Positions 14,029-23,974 of a DNA stretch of 64,000 bases are shown in pieces. Made by a program: the position numbers and the translations under genes. Source of the DNA: an uncultured delta proteobacterium (lineage in GTDB: Bacteria; Desulfobacterota; Binatia; Binatales; Binataceae); the NCBI GenBank assembly GCA_963724765.1, contig CAVRVY010000001.1, positions 1,056,001 to 1,120,000 of the forward strand, in the 5' to 3' direction. The notes beneath the pieces were generated by a model. It saw nothing but the letters and a program-made list of their open reading frames with translations. It was not told the DNA's origin and ran no database searches. Each line of letters begins with the position of its first letter. Within the stretch, counting starts at the first letter, position 1.

Positions 14029-14859
14029 ATGAATCAGCTAGCCATCAATCGGCGGGTGCGGGTTGTTTCGTGCTTGGTCGAAGGGATGGGCGTCAATGCG
14101 ACTACTCGCGTAACGGGCGTCGCAAAAAATACCGTCCTAAAGCTGCTTCACGATCTTGGAACCGCATGCGAGCAATATCAGCGTGAGCATGTTCGCGATC
14201 TCGTTTGCCGCCGCGTTCAGCGTGATGAGATCTGGCAGTTCTGCTACAGCAAGCAAAAGAACGTACCAGAGAAATTTCGCGGGCAATTCGGTTTCAGCGA
14301 CGTATGGACCTGGGTCGGAATTGACGCGGACACAAAGCTGATCGTGGCTTGGCATCTCGGGAGGCGGGACGCTGGCGCGGCTCACGTTTTCATGAATCGG
14401 CTCGCGGGACGAATCAAGACTCGGATTCAGCTAACGACAGATGGCCATCGCGCATACCTTGATGCGGTGGATGAGGCGTGGGCTACGGAAGTCGATTACG
14501 CGATGCTGGTTAAGCTCTATGGCGGAGAGCCTGCCAGCAAGCCCGAGACACGATACAGCCCGGCCCAGTGCATCGGCACACGCCGCGACGCCATCAGCGG
14601 GAATCCCGATCCCGAGCACGTCTCGACAAGTTTTGTGGAAAGGCAAAATCTCACGATGCGAATGCAGATGCGTCGATATACCAGATTAACGAACGCGCAC
14701 AGCAAGAAGTTAGAGAACCATCGCCACGCAACCGCCCTGCATTTCGTGTGGTACAATTTCGTCAGGATTCATCAGACCTTGCGTTGCTCGCCTGCGATGG
14801 AAGCCGGTATCGATAGCCATCTATGGTCGATGGAAGAATTGGTCTCACTGGCAAACTGA
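14029..14859 (+). CDS. IS1-family DDE transposase
   Basis: N-terminal HTH; DEIW..WTWVGID..TTDG..STSFVERQNLTMR; stop codon inside the right TIR. Confidence 0.9.
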   Translation: MNQLAINRRVRVVSCLVEGMGVNATTRVTGVAKNTVLKLLHDLGTACEQYQREHVRDLVCRRVQRDEIWQFCYSKQKNVPEKFRGQFGFSDVWTWVGIDADTKLIVAWHLGRRDAGAAHVFMNRLAGRIKTRIQLTTDGHRAYLDAVDEAWATEVDYAMLVKLYGGEPASKPETRYSPAQCIGTRRDAISGNPDPEHVSTSFVERQNLTMRMQMRRYTRLTNAHSKKLENHRHATALHFVWYNFVRIHQTLRCSPAMEAGIDSHLWSMEELVSLAN

Positions 14860-14868
14860 ACCAGTACC

Positions 14869-14876
14869 CTGAGGAC
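14869..14876 (+). repeat. target-site duplication, right copy
   Basis: CTGAGGAC directly after the right TIR. Confidence 0.92.
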
Positions 14877-14883
14877 CGGCCGC

Positions 14884-14912
14884 TTTACTGTCCGGGACCC
14901 CTCTGATAGGCT
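14884..14912 (+). promoter_or_regulatory. putative rpsO promoter
   Basis: TTTACT-N17-TAGGCT. Confidence 0.55.
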
Positions 14913-14955
14913 GCCTGATTAACTAAAAAGGAACAGGGAAAATAAGAGACTCCTG

Positions 14956-15225
14956 ATGCCCCTTGCAGCCGTCCGCAAGCTGGAAATTGTCCAGGCCCAC
15001 GCGCGCACTACCACCGACAGCGGTTCGCCCGAAGTCCAGGTGGCGCTGTTTAGCGCGCGTATTGAGCAACTGACCGAGCACCTGAAGACTCACGCGAAGG
15101 ACCATCATTCGCGGCGCGGACTTCTGCGCCTGGTCGGCAAACGCCGCCGGCTCCTGGACTACCTGCACTCGTGCGATGCCGCACGCTACCGGGCGCTGAT
15201 CGAACGACTGGGCATCCGGAGATAG
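14956..15225 (+). CDS. rpsO: 30S ribosomal protein S15
   Basis: [27 protein letters not shown]. Confidence 0.97.
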   Translation: MPLAAVRKLEIVQAHARTTTDSGSPEVQVALFSARIEQLTEHLKTHAKDHHSRRGLLRLVGKRRRLLDYLHSCDAARYRALIERLGIRR

Positions 15226-15370
15226 GCCGAACAAGCTTCGAGCCGCGCGGCCGCACGGTGCGGATGCGCGGGACACGGGCCGGCGGCTCCGCTGGCTTGG
15301 GTGTGCGTCGTTTAAGCGCCGATGTGGCGCGAGCAAAGCGGCCCTCCGTCCTCCCTCAGGTGTGAATCAG

Positions 15371-17467
15371 ATGTATCGAAAACTCGAGATAGATTTTTCC
15401 GGCCGCAAGCTGTCGCTGGAGACCGGAAGGCTGGCCAAGCAGGCGCATGGTGCGGTGCTGGCGCAGTATGGTGAGACCGTGGTGCTCGCGACCGTCGTGT
15501 CGGCCTACGATGCCCGTCCCAATATCGACTTCCTGCCGCTCACGGTGGACTACCAGGAGCGGACTTTCGCCGCCGGCAAAATCCCCGGCGGCTTTTTCAA
15601 GCGCGAGGGGCGGCCCTCGGAGAAGGAAATCCTGACCTCGCGGCTCATCGACCGCTCGATGCGTCCGCTGTTTCCCAAGGGCTACGACAAGGAAACCCAG
15701 GTCGTCGTGACGGTGCTCTCCGCCGACCGCGACAACGACCCCGACATGCTCTCGCTGATCGCGGCCTCGGCCGCGCTGGAAGTCTCCGACATCCCGCACG
15801 CCGGGCCGGTGGCGGCGGTGCGGATGGGCCGGGTCGACGGCAAGCTGATCGCCAATCCGAGCGCCGAGCAAATGGAGCAGAGCGACATCTCGATGGTGGT
15901 CGCGGCCAAGCCCGACTCGATCGTGATGCTCGAGGGCGGCGCGCAGATCGTGGATGAGGAACCGATACTCGAGGCGCTGTTCACGGCGCACGAGATGCTC
16001 AATCCGATCTTCGAGCTGCAGAACGAGCTGCGCCGCCTGGCCGGCAAGCCCAAGCGCGAGTTTACGCCCAAGGCGCTCGAGCCGGCGATGCTGGAGGCGG
16101 TGCGCCAGCGGATGGCGCCGGAACTCGAAGCCGCGCTCGCGATCGCAGGCAAGAAGGAACGCAGCACGGCCGTTTACGCGCTGTCGGACAAGACGGTGGC
16201 CGAGCTGGGCACGCGCTTTCCCGAGCGCCAAAAGGAATTGAGCGAGGCCTGCGAGAAAGTCATCCGCGAGCGCGTGCGCAGGGTCATCATCGAGCAGGAC
16301 AAGCGGATTGACGACCGCAAGTCGACCGACATCCGGCAGATCAGCGCGCAGGTGCAGATGCTGCCGCGCACGCATGGCTCCGCGCTGTTCACGCGCGGCG
16401 AGACCCAGGCCCTGGCGACGGTCACGCTCGGCACCTCGCAGGACGAGCAGAAGATCGACGCCCTGATGGGCGAGCGCTACAAGAAGTTCATGCTGCATTA
16501 CAACTTCCCGCCGTTCAGCACCGGCGAGGTCAAGTTCCTGCGTGGCCCGGGACGCCGCGAAATCGGCCACGGCGCGCTTGCCGAGCGCGCGCTGCTCCCG
16601 GTGCTGCCGCCCGAAGAGGATTTCCCGTACACGATCCGCGTGGTCTCCGAGGTGCTGGAGTCCAACGGCAGCTCCTCGATGGCCACGGTGTGCGGCGGCA
16701 GCCTCGCCCTGATGGACGCCGGCGTGCCGATACGCTCGGCGGTCGCGGGCATTGCGATGGGCCTGGTCAAGGAAGGTGAGCAGGTCCGCGTGCTCACCGA
16801 CATCCTGGGCGACGAGGACCATCTCGGCGACATGGATTTCAAAGTCGCCGGCACTTCAAACGGCATCACCGCGATCCAGATGGACAACAAGGTCGGCGGA
16901 GTGACGCGCGAGGTGATGCGCCAGGCGCTGCATCAGGCCCGCGACGCGCGGTTGTTCGTGCTGAGCGTGATGGAGAAGGCATTGCAGACGCCGCGCACCG
17001 AAGTCTCGATGTATGCGCCGCGCATCGTCACCATCCACGTCAAGCCCGACAAAATTCGCGAGATCATCGGCCCAGGCGGCAAGGTGATCCGCGCGCTGGT
17101 CGAGGAGACCGGCTGCAAGATCGATATCGAGGATGACGGCACCGTGGTGATCGCGTCCGCCGACGGCGCGGCGATCGACAAGGCCATCGCTTCCATCCAG
17201 GCCATCACCGCCGAACCCGAGGTCGGCCGCATCTACAAGGGCCGCGTGCGCAAGGTGGTGGAGTTCGGCGCCTTCGTCGAGATCATGCCCGGCACCGACG
17301 GCCTGCTGCACATCTCGCAGCTTTCCAACGAGCGCGTGCGCAGCGTCGAAGACGTCGTTCACGAGGGCGACGAGATAAGTGTCAAGGTGCTCGAGGTCGG
17401 GCGCGACGGCAAAATCCGGCTCTCTTTGCGCGAGGCGCAGGAAGAACTGGCGAAGAAGGCCAACTAG
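15371..17467 (+). CDS. pnp: polynucleotide phosphorylase
   Basis: [26 protein letters not shown] and S1 domains. Confidence 0.97.
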   Translation: MYRKLEIDFSGRKLSLETGRLAKQAHGAVLAQYGETVVLATVVSAYDARPNIDFLPLTVDYQERTFAAGKIPGGFFKREGRPSEKEILTSRLIDRSMRPLFPKGYDKETQVVVTVLSADRDNDPDMLSLIAASAALEVSDIPHAGPVAAVRMGRVDGKLIANPSAEQMEQSDISMVVAAKPDSIVMLEGGAQIVDEEPILEALFTAHEMLNPIFELQNELRRLAGKPKREFTPKALEPAMLEAVRQRMAPELEAALAIAGKKERSTAVYALSDKTVAELGTRFPERQKELSEACEKVIRERVRRVIIEQDKRIDDRKSTDIRQISAQVQMLPRTHGSALFTRGETQALATVTLGTSQDEQKIDALMGERYKKFMLHYNFPPFSTGEVKFLRGPGRREIGHGALAERALLPVLPPEEDFPYTIRVVSEVLESNGSSSMATVCGGSLALMDAGVPIRSAVAGIAMGLVKEGEQVRVLTDILGDEDHLGDMDFKVAGTSNGITAIQMDNKVGGVTREVMRQALHQARDARLFVLSVMEKALQTPRTEVSMYAPRIVTIHVKPDKIREIIGPGGKVIRALVEETGCKIDIEDDGTVVIASADGAAIDKAIASIQAITAEPEVGRIYKGRVRKVVEFGAFVEIMPGTDGLLHISQLSNERVRSVEDVVHEGDEISVKVLEVGRDGKIRLSLREAQEELAKKAN

Positions 17468-17504
17468 CCGGGCCACTTTGGACCGCCGCATGCGACGATT
17501 CCGC

Positions 17505-17543
17505 CATGATTCAATCATGATTCAGCCATGTTTAAGCCATGAT
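17505..17543 (+). repeat. 11-bp tandem repeat, about 3.5 copies
   Basis: CATGATTCAAT CATGATTCAGC CATGTTTAAGC CATGAT upstream of the M16 peptidase. Confidence 0.8.
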
Positions 17544-17560
17544 GGTGCGATAATTTCGCG

Positions 17561-18823
17561 ATGATACTAAAAGACGTTTTGCCCAACGGCCTGCGCGTGA
17601 TCAGCGAACCGATGCCGGCCGTGGTCTCGTCCACGATCGGTATCTGGGTCGAAAATGGATCGCGCTACGAAACCTCGGCCCAGAACGGAGTCTCGCACTT
17701 CATCGAGCATCTGCTCTTCAAGGGCACGCGCAAGCGCACCGCCGCGCAAATCGCCGAGCAGATCGACGCCGTCGGCGGCGTGCTCAATGCGTTTACCGGC
17801 AAGGAATACACCTGCTACTACGCCAAGGTGCTCGGCGCCGACCTGGCGATGACTACCGAGCTGCTGGCCGATCTTTTTCTCGATTCGGTCTTTGACGCGG
17901 CCGAGATCGATCGCGAGCGTCAGGTGGTGCTGCAGGAAATCTCGCAAGCAGAGGACACTCCCGACGATTTCATCCACGATCTTTTCAATCTGAAATTCTG
18001 GGAGGGCCATCCGCTGGCCCTGCCGATCTTCGGCTCGGTCGGGACCGTCAACGCGATCAACCGCGAATTGCTGGTCTCCTTCATGGCCGACCGCTACCGC
18101 GCGGGCCGGGTCTTTATCGCGGCGGCGGGGATGGTCGACCACAAGCGGTTGGTTGACGACTGCGAGCGGCTGTTCGGCGGAATTTCGGGCGACGGACGCG
18201 GCGAGCCGATTGCGCCGCCGGCCGACCGCTCCGTGGTTATCAACCAGGAGAAGGACCTCGAGCAGACCCATATATGTATCGGCGGGCCGGGAATCAGCCA
18301 GGCTTCGCCGCTGCGCTACGCCAGCTACGTGCTGAACACGGCGCTGGGCGGCGGGATGTCCTCGCGCCTGTTCCAGGAGGTGCGCGAGCGCCGTGGCCGC
18401 GTCTACAGCATCTATTCTTTCATGTCGTCCTTCCTCGATTGCGGTTACCTCGGAATCTACGCCGGCACCAATCCGGAATGGGTCGAAGAGGTGCTCGAGG
18501 TCACGGTGGGCGAGGTCAACAAAATCGCCCGCGTCGGGCTTACCGACGAGGAACTGGCGCGCGCCAAGAGCCAGCTCAAGGGCAACATGCTGCTCGGCAT
18601 GGAATCGACCGAGAGCCGGATGAATCGCGTCGCGCGCAACGAGATTTATTTCGGCCGCGAGATTCCGCTCGAGGAACTGGCCGCCGAGATCGACAAGGTC
18701 ACCCATGAACAGGTGCTCGAACTGGCGCAGACCTCGTTTCTGTCGGGCAAGATGGCGCTGGTGCTGCTGGGCGATCTGAAGGGGCACAAGTTCGGCCCCG
18801 ATGTTTTTGCCGAGCTCAAATAA
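17561..18823 (+). CDS. M16 family zinc peptidase
   Basis: HFIEH inverted zincin motif, NAFTGKE, LGGGMSSRLFQ. Confidence 0.94.
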   Translation: MILKDVLPNGLRVISEPMPAVVSSTIGIWVENGSRYETSAQNGVSHFIEHLLFKGTRKRTAAQIAEQIDAVGGVLNAFTGKEYTCYYAKVLGADLAMTTELLADLFLDSVFDAAEIDRERQVVLQEISQAEDTPDDFIHDLFNLKFWEGHPLALPIFGSVGTVNAINRELLVSFMADRYRAGRVFIAAAGMVDHKRLVDDCERLFGGISGDGRGEPIAPPADRSVVINQEKDLEQTHICIGGPGISQASPLRYASYVLNTALGGGMSSRLFQEVRERRGRVYSIYSFMSSFLDCGYLGIYAGTNPEWVEEVLEVTVGEVNKIARVGLTDEELARAKSQLKGNMLLGMESTESRMNRVARNEIYFGREIPLEELAAEIDKVTHEQVLELAQTSFLSGKMALVLLGDLKGHKFGPDVFAELK

Positions 18824-18927
18824 GGTTTTGCCGAGACCCAAGTAAAGTTTCTCCGAGCTCAGCCGCTGCGCTTGCGCCGAGCCATCAAACATCTCTAGGT
18901 TCTTGCCACCGGCGCACAGCCGGCTGG

Positions 18928-20067
18928 ATGCCGTCATCGCTGGACCATCGCGAACGCTCGATCCTTGGCCTGACCACGTCGGATCGGTCGGTGGCGGCGA
19001 TGGTCCTCGTCATCAAGGTGGCAGTGCTGCTCTTCGGCGCTCTCGCCTTCCAGATAATCAAGAACGAACGGGTGCGCTCGCTTGCCCATCTGCTCTCGAT
19101 CTGGAACCGATGGGATGGGCCGCAATACCTGCTGATCGCACAGCACGGATACGCGGCATCGGGTGACCAGCGGCTCGCGCTGGTGTTCTTTCCGCTCTAC
19201 CCGTGGCTCATCCGGCTGACCGCGATAGTCGTGCGCGACGCTGTCCTCAGCGCGTTCCTGGTCTCGACGGTCGCCTCAGTGGCCGCGGGCGTGGCGCTGG
19301 CGCGGCTCTTTGCGATCGATTACTCGCGCCATCTGGCGCGCCGCGCGGCCTGGTTCCTTTTCATCTTTCCGACCTCCTACTTTATGCACATCGATTACAG
19401 CGAGAGCCTTTTCCTGGCGCTGGTGCTCGCGTCCCTCGTGGCGGCGCGCCGCGAGCGCTGGCTGCGGGCCGGTCTCTTTGGCGCGTTCGCCGCGCTCGCG
19501 CGGCCCAATGGAATCCTGCTGCTTCCGGCGCTGGGCGCCGACGCGCTGTGGGAGTTGTGGGGGACGCGTCGTTTCAATTGGCGATGGCTCTGGGCGGGCC
19601 TCATCCCGCTGGGCTTCACCGTTTATCTTTGGATTAATTACCATGTCACCGGAGATGCGCTGGCGTTTTTTAAACTTGAGCACTCCCACTGGTCTGACGC
19701 GCTAGTCGCGCCATGGAGCGGCATCCGGGTCAACCTCGACGTTGCGCGCGACTGGGATCCCTCGCAGGCCGCCATGATCGGTACCCAGGTGCTCTTCTAT
19801 CTCGCGGTTGGCTTGGCGGGAGCGATCGCCGCGGCCCTTTTGCTGCGCCCGTCGTATGCGGTGTGGATGGTGCTCAACTGGCTGCTGTTCGCGAGCCAAT
19901 CATGGGACATCAGCTCGCCGCGCTATACGCTGGTGATGTTTCCGCTGTTCATTCTGCTTGCGCGGCTCGCGCGAAGGCGCACCTGGGACGTGGCGATCAC
20001 CGTATGGTCGCTGCTATGGCTGGGGCTGTTCGTCAGCGAGTTCGTTTGCGGCCATTGGGCGTTCTGA
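18928..20067 (+). CDS. GT-C (PIG-V-like) mannosyltransferase family membrane protein
   Basis: RWDG..YL.IA..GY, FFPLYP, YSESLF, RPNG. Confidence 0.85.
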   Translation: MPSSLDHRERSILGLTTSDRSVAAMVLVIKVAVLLFGALAFQIIKNERVRSLAHLLSIWNRWDGPQYLLIAQHGYAASGDQRLALVFFPLYPWLIRLTAIVVRDAVLSAFLVSTVASVAAGVALARLFAIDYSRHLARRAAWFLFIFPTSYFMHIDYSESLFLALVLASLVAARRERWLRAGLFGAFAALARPNGILLLPALGADALWELWGTRRFNWRWLWAGLIPLGFTVYLWINYHVTGDALAFFKLEHSHWSDALVAPWSGIRVNLDVARDWDPSQAAMIGTQVLFYLAVGLAGAIAAALLLRPSYAVWMVLNWLLFASQSWDISSPRYTLVMFPLFILLARLARRRTWDVAITVWSLLWLGLFVSEFVCGHWAF

Positions 20068-20141
20068 GCGAGCCCTGTGGACGGCTTGAATCGGATGGCG
20101 TTGCACCCGTCCGCCGACCCGGATACTTCTGACGATTGACC

Positions 20142-20582
20142 ATGACCCCGGTGATCAAAGTGCGGCGCGTGAAAACTTCCTCGATGCTGCCGCGCTACCA
20201 GAGCGCGCATGCGGCCGGCATGGACCTTGTCGCAGATATTGAAGTTTCACTTGAGATTACACCGATGGAACGCGTCGCCGTGCCGACCGGAATCGCCATG
20301 GAAATCCCGTCCGGTTTCGAGGGGCAGGTGCGCCCGCGCAGCGGGCGCGCGCTCGAAGAAGGCCTTACACTCGTCAATTCGCCGGGCACGGTCGACGCCG
20401 ACTATCGCGGCGAAATTAAAGTGTTGCTTGTGAACCTGGGAGGCGCCGCGGTCACGATTCGCCCCGGCGACCGAATCGCTCAGCTCGTGATTGCGCCCGT
20501 GGCGCGGGCCGAGCTGGTCGAGGCCGCTGAGCTCGAGCCAAGTTCGCGCGGCGGCGGCGGCTTCGGGCATACTGGAAGGTAG
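20142..20582 (+). CDS. dut: dUTP diphosphatase
   Basis: AGMDL, RPRSG, GTVDADYRGE, RGGGGFGHTG. Confidence 0.96.
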   Translation: MTPVIKVRRVKTSSMLPRYQSAHAAGMDLVADIEVSLEITPMERVAVPTGIAMEIPSGFEGQVRPRSGRALEEGLTLVNSPGTVDADYRGEIKVLLVNLGGAAVTIRPGDRIAQLVIAPVARAELVEAAELEPSSRGGGGFGHTGR

Positions 20583-20621
20583 CGGCGCGCGCGATACCCT
20601 CACGCGACGCGCTCAATATCT

Positions 20622-22055
20622 GTGTCAAAACCTGTGTCAAAAGAAGACGGAAGCGACACTTACGAATTTGACGCTGCGTTGATGGCCGTCACGCCGATCG
20701 ACGGCCGCTACCACGCGCGCACGCGCGCGCTGGCCGCCTACTTCAGCGAGTTCGCGCTCATCCGCTACCGCGTCCGGGTCGAAATCGAATGGCTGCTCGC
20801 GCTGGCCGCAAATCCTGCGATCGGGGAATTCACCCTCGATTCGGTCTCGGCGCTAAAGCTGCGATTGATATACGGCGAGTTCAAGCTCGCCGACGCGCGC
20901 CGCGTCAAGGAACTCGAGCGCACGACCAACCATGACGTGAAGGCGATCGAATATTTCCTTACCGAAAAGATCGCGGTAAGCGGTATCAACGTCCCGTCCG
21001 GGATGATCCATTTCGCCTGCACCTCGGAGGACATCAATAACCTCGCCTACGCGCTCATCCTCAAGGAGTTCTGCGAGCATGAGCTTGCGCCAGCGCTGGA
21101 TGCGATCGTCGCCACGGTGGCCGCGATGGCGCGGCGATGGCGCGCGGTCGCGATGGTCGCGCGTACGCATGGCCAGGCAGCGACGCCGACCACGATGGGC
21201 AAGGAGCTGGCGGTGTTTGCGGCGCGCTTGGAGCGCCAGCGCCGCGCGCTCGGCCGCCAGGAGTTCCTGGGCAAGTTCAACGGCGCGGTCGGCAACTTCA
21301 ACGCCCACCAGGCCGCCGCGCCCGAGGCCGATTGGATCGAATGTTCGCGCCGCTTCGTCGAATCGATGGATCTCGTGTGGAGTCCGCTCACCACCCAGAT
21401 CGAAAGCCACGACTTCATCGCCGAGCTGCTCGACCTGATGGCCCGTATCGATACTATCCTGCTCGGCTTCGCGCGCGACATGTGGGGGTATATCGCGCTC
21501 GGCTACTTCGGCCAGCGCACGGTGAAGGGCGAAGTCGGCTCGTCGGTGATGCCGCACAAGGTCAACCCGATCGATTTCGAGAACTGCGAGGGGAACCTTG
21601 GGCTCGCGACCGCGCTGTTTCAGCATCTGGCGGCCAAGCTGCCGGTCTCGCGATGGCAGCGCGACTTGAGCGACAGCACGGCGATGCGCGCGTTAGGCAC
21701 CGCGTTCGGCCATTTGATGGTCGCGCTGGAGGCGCTTGGGCGTGGGCTCGGTCGCGTTGAGCTCAACGCCGCGCGAATCGCCGCCGACCTGGAGGCCGAG
21801 GGCTCGTGGGAAGTGCTGGCCGAGGCGGTGCAGACGGTGATGCGCCGCCACGGGCTCGAAGATCCCTACGAGCGGCTGAAGGAACTGACTCGCGGCCGCG
21901 CGATCGATCGGGAGGCGATGCGCGGGTTCATCGCCGCGCTTGAGCTGCCGCCTGAGGTCAAGGCCCGGCTCGAGAAGCTCGAGCCGTGTGGTTACGTTGG
22001 ACTTGCCGCCGAGCTGGTCGATCGCTTCGCGCCCGGCGACAAATCCAAAAGCTAG
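20622..22055 (+). CDS. purB: adenylosuccinate lyase (start uncertain)
   Basis: TPIDGRY, TNHDVKA, SSVMPHKVNPIDFEN. Confidence 0.96.
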   Translation: MSKPVSKEDGSDTYEFDAALMAVTPIDGRYHARTRALAAYFSEFALIRYRVRVEIEWLLALAANPAIGEFTLDSVSALKLRLIYGEFKLADARRVKELERTTNHDVKAIEYFLTEKIAVSGINVPSGMIHFACTSEDINNLAYALILKEFCEHELAPALDAIVATVAAMARRWRAVAMVARTHGQAATPTTMGKELAVFAARLERQRRALGRQEFLGKFNGAVGNFNAHQAAAPEADWIECSRRFVESMDLVWSPLTTQIESHDFIAELLDLMARIDTILLGFARDMWGYIALGYFGQRTVKGEVGSSVMPHKVNPIDFENCEGNLGLATALFQHLAAKLPVSRWQRDLSDSTAMRALGTAFGHLMVALEALGRGLGRVELNAARIAADLEAEGSWEVLAEAVQTVMRRHGLEDPYERLKELTRGRAIDREAMRGFIAALELPPEVKARLEKLEPCGYVGLAAELVDRFAPGDKSKS

Positions 22056-22208
22056 TTCCGGGACTTATTAGATGGCTTGGCCGGTTGTGCATAAGTGCCG
22101 CGTTTTGTGAACAAAGCAGAGCCCCGAAGGTTTGTCGCGCGCGCGCGGGTCGGCTACTTCAATATTCATCGACTGTTTGCACTTGAGTAAATTCCCGCTA
22201 ATGGAGAA

Positions 22209-22931
22209 ATGCCGGTGGAAGACGCTCCGCAGAAGCTCGAAATGTTTTATGAGGGCAAGGCAAAAAAACTCTATGCGACCGCCGATCCCGACCTCGTAAT
22301 CGCTTACTTCAAAGACGATGCGACCGCGTTCAACGCCAAAAAGCGCGGCACGATCGAAGACAAGGGCGTGATGAACAACCGCATCTCGGAGCTGTTCTTC
22401 ACCTTGCTCGAGCACAATGGCATCCCGACCCACTTCGTGCGCCGCCTGGACGAACGCGAGATGCTCTGCCGGCGACTCGACATAATCCCGGCCGAAACCG
22501 TGGTGCGCAATATCGTCGCGGGCTCGATGGCCAAGCGGCTGGGCCGCGAAGAAGGCGAGAAGCTCAAGCATCCGATCGTGGAATACTATTACAAATCCGA
22601 CCCGCTCGACGATCCGCTCATCTATCCCGAGCACGCCGTGCTGTTCGGATGGGCGACCGAGGAAGAGCTCGACGCGATTCACGCCATGGCGCTCAGGGTC
22701 AACGACGTGCTGAGCCGCTTTCTCGACGAGCGCGGCGTGATTCTGGTCGATTTCAAACTCGAGTTCGGACGCCATCACGGCAAAATCCTGCTCGGCGACG
22801 AGATTTGTCCCGATACCTGCCGCTTCTGGGACAAGGCCACACTCAAGAAGCTCGACAAGGACCGTTTCCGCCGTGACCTCGGCGAGGTCGAGGGCGCTTA
22901 TCACGAGATGCTTCGCCGGGTGTCGAATTGA
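22209..22931 (+). CDS. purC: SAICAR synthetase
   Basis: YEGKAK, DFKLEFG, DEICPDTCRFWD. Confidence 0.96.
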   Translation: MPVEDAPQKLEMFYEGKAKKLYATADPDLVIAYFKDDATAFNAKKRGTIEDKGVMNNRISELFFTLLEHNGIPTHFVRRLDEREMLCRRLDIIPAETVVRNIVAGSMAKRLGREEGEKLKHPIVEYYYKSDPLDDPLIYPEHAVLFGWATEEELDAIHAMALRVNDVLSRFLDERGVILVDFKLEFGRHHGKILLGDEICPDTCRFWDKATLKKLDKDRFRRDLGEVEGAYHEMLRRVSN

Positions 22932-22982
22932 GCGGACGGCGCGGCGGGAAATTTCTCGCGCAGAGGGCGCGGAGGCTTTGAG

Positions 22983-23243
22983 TTGCTGGTCAAGGTTTTC
23001 GTCACGCCACGCAAGGGAATTCTCGATCCCCAGGGACGCGCAGTCGAGCAATCGCTGAAGAGCCTCGGCTTCGGCGGCGTCGGCGCGGTCCGCGTCGGCC
23101 GGTACATCGTGCTGGAACTCGACGCGCCGAACCTCGAGCAGGCGCGTGAAACGGTCAGACAAATGTGCGGGCAACTGCTGACCAATCCGAATATCGAAGA
23201 CTACACCTTCGAGATCGAGCCTTCCGAGGGCGGCCCGCGATGA
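22983..23243 (+). CDS. purS: FGAM synthase subunit PurS
   Basis: LDPQG, LLTNPNIEDY. Confidence 0.93.
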   Translation: MLVKVFVTPRKGILDPQGRAVEQSLKSLGFGGVGAVRVGRYIVLELDAPNLEQARETVRQMCGQLLTNPNIEDYTFEIEPSEGGPR

Positions 23244-23974
23244 AGTGGGGGGTAGTCCGCTTTCCCGGCTCGCTCGACGACGCCGACGCGCTGTGGGCGC
23301 TCGGCCAGGTCATGGGCCAGGAGGCGCGCGCGCTCTGGCACAAGGACGAGGACCTGGCCGGCGTGCAATGCGTGGTGCTTCCGGGCGGCTTCAGCTACGG
23401 CGACTATCTGCGCTGCGGCGCGATTGCGCGTTTCGCGCCGATCATGAAAAGCGTCGTGCGCTTTGCCAATGAAGGCGGCCTGGTGCTGGGAATCTGCAAC
23501 GGTTTCCAGATTCTGTGCGAGGCGCATTTGCTGCCCGGCGCGCTGATGCGCAACCGCTCGCTCTCTTTCATCTGCGAGCGAATCAACGTGCGGGTCGAAA
23601 ACGCAGCCACACCCTTTACCTGCGCCGCGCGCCAGGGCGAGGTGCTGCGCCTGCCGATCAAACATGGCGAAGGGCTCTACGTGGCGCCCGCCGAAGAATT
23701 GCGCACGATGGAAGAGCGCGGCCAGGTACTGTTGCGTTACACCGACGCCGCCGGCCACGAGCGCGACGAAGCGAATCCCAACGGTTCGACCAGGGCGATC
23801 GCCGGCGTCGCCAATGAAACCTTCAACGTCTTCGGCCTGATGCCCCATCCGGAACACGCGGTCGAGGCGGCGCTGGGCGGCGAGGATGGGCTCAAGATTT
23901 TTCGCTCGATCGTGACGAGCGTCGAGCGGACCGCCGCAGCCTCGGGCGCCGCATCTTCCAGAAGCCTGGCATGA
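23240..23974 (+). CDS. purQ: FGAM synthase glutaminase subunit PurQ
   Basis: [23 protein letters not shown]. Confidence 0.95.
   Translation: MKWGVVRFPGSLDDADALWALGQVMGQEARALWHKDEDLAGVQCVVLPGGFSYGDYLRCGAIARFAPIMKSVVRFANEGGLVLGICNGFQILCEAHLLPGALMRNRSLSFICERINVRVENAATPFTCAARQGEVLRLPIKHGEGLYVAPAEELRTMEERGQVLLRYTDAAGHERDEANPNGSTRAIAGVANETFNVFGLMPHPEHAVEAALGGEDGLKIFRSIVTSVERTAAASGAASSRSLA

Larger units (their letters stand above)
12414..14868 (+). mobile_element. IS1-family transposon with passenger genes (2455 bp)
   Basis: TIRs GGTAGTGGTTCAGTTT (12414-12429) and revcomp GGTACTGGTTCAGTTT (14853-14868), 15/16 match; 8-bp TSD; DDE transposase; lower GC than flanks. Confidence 0.93.
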
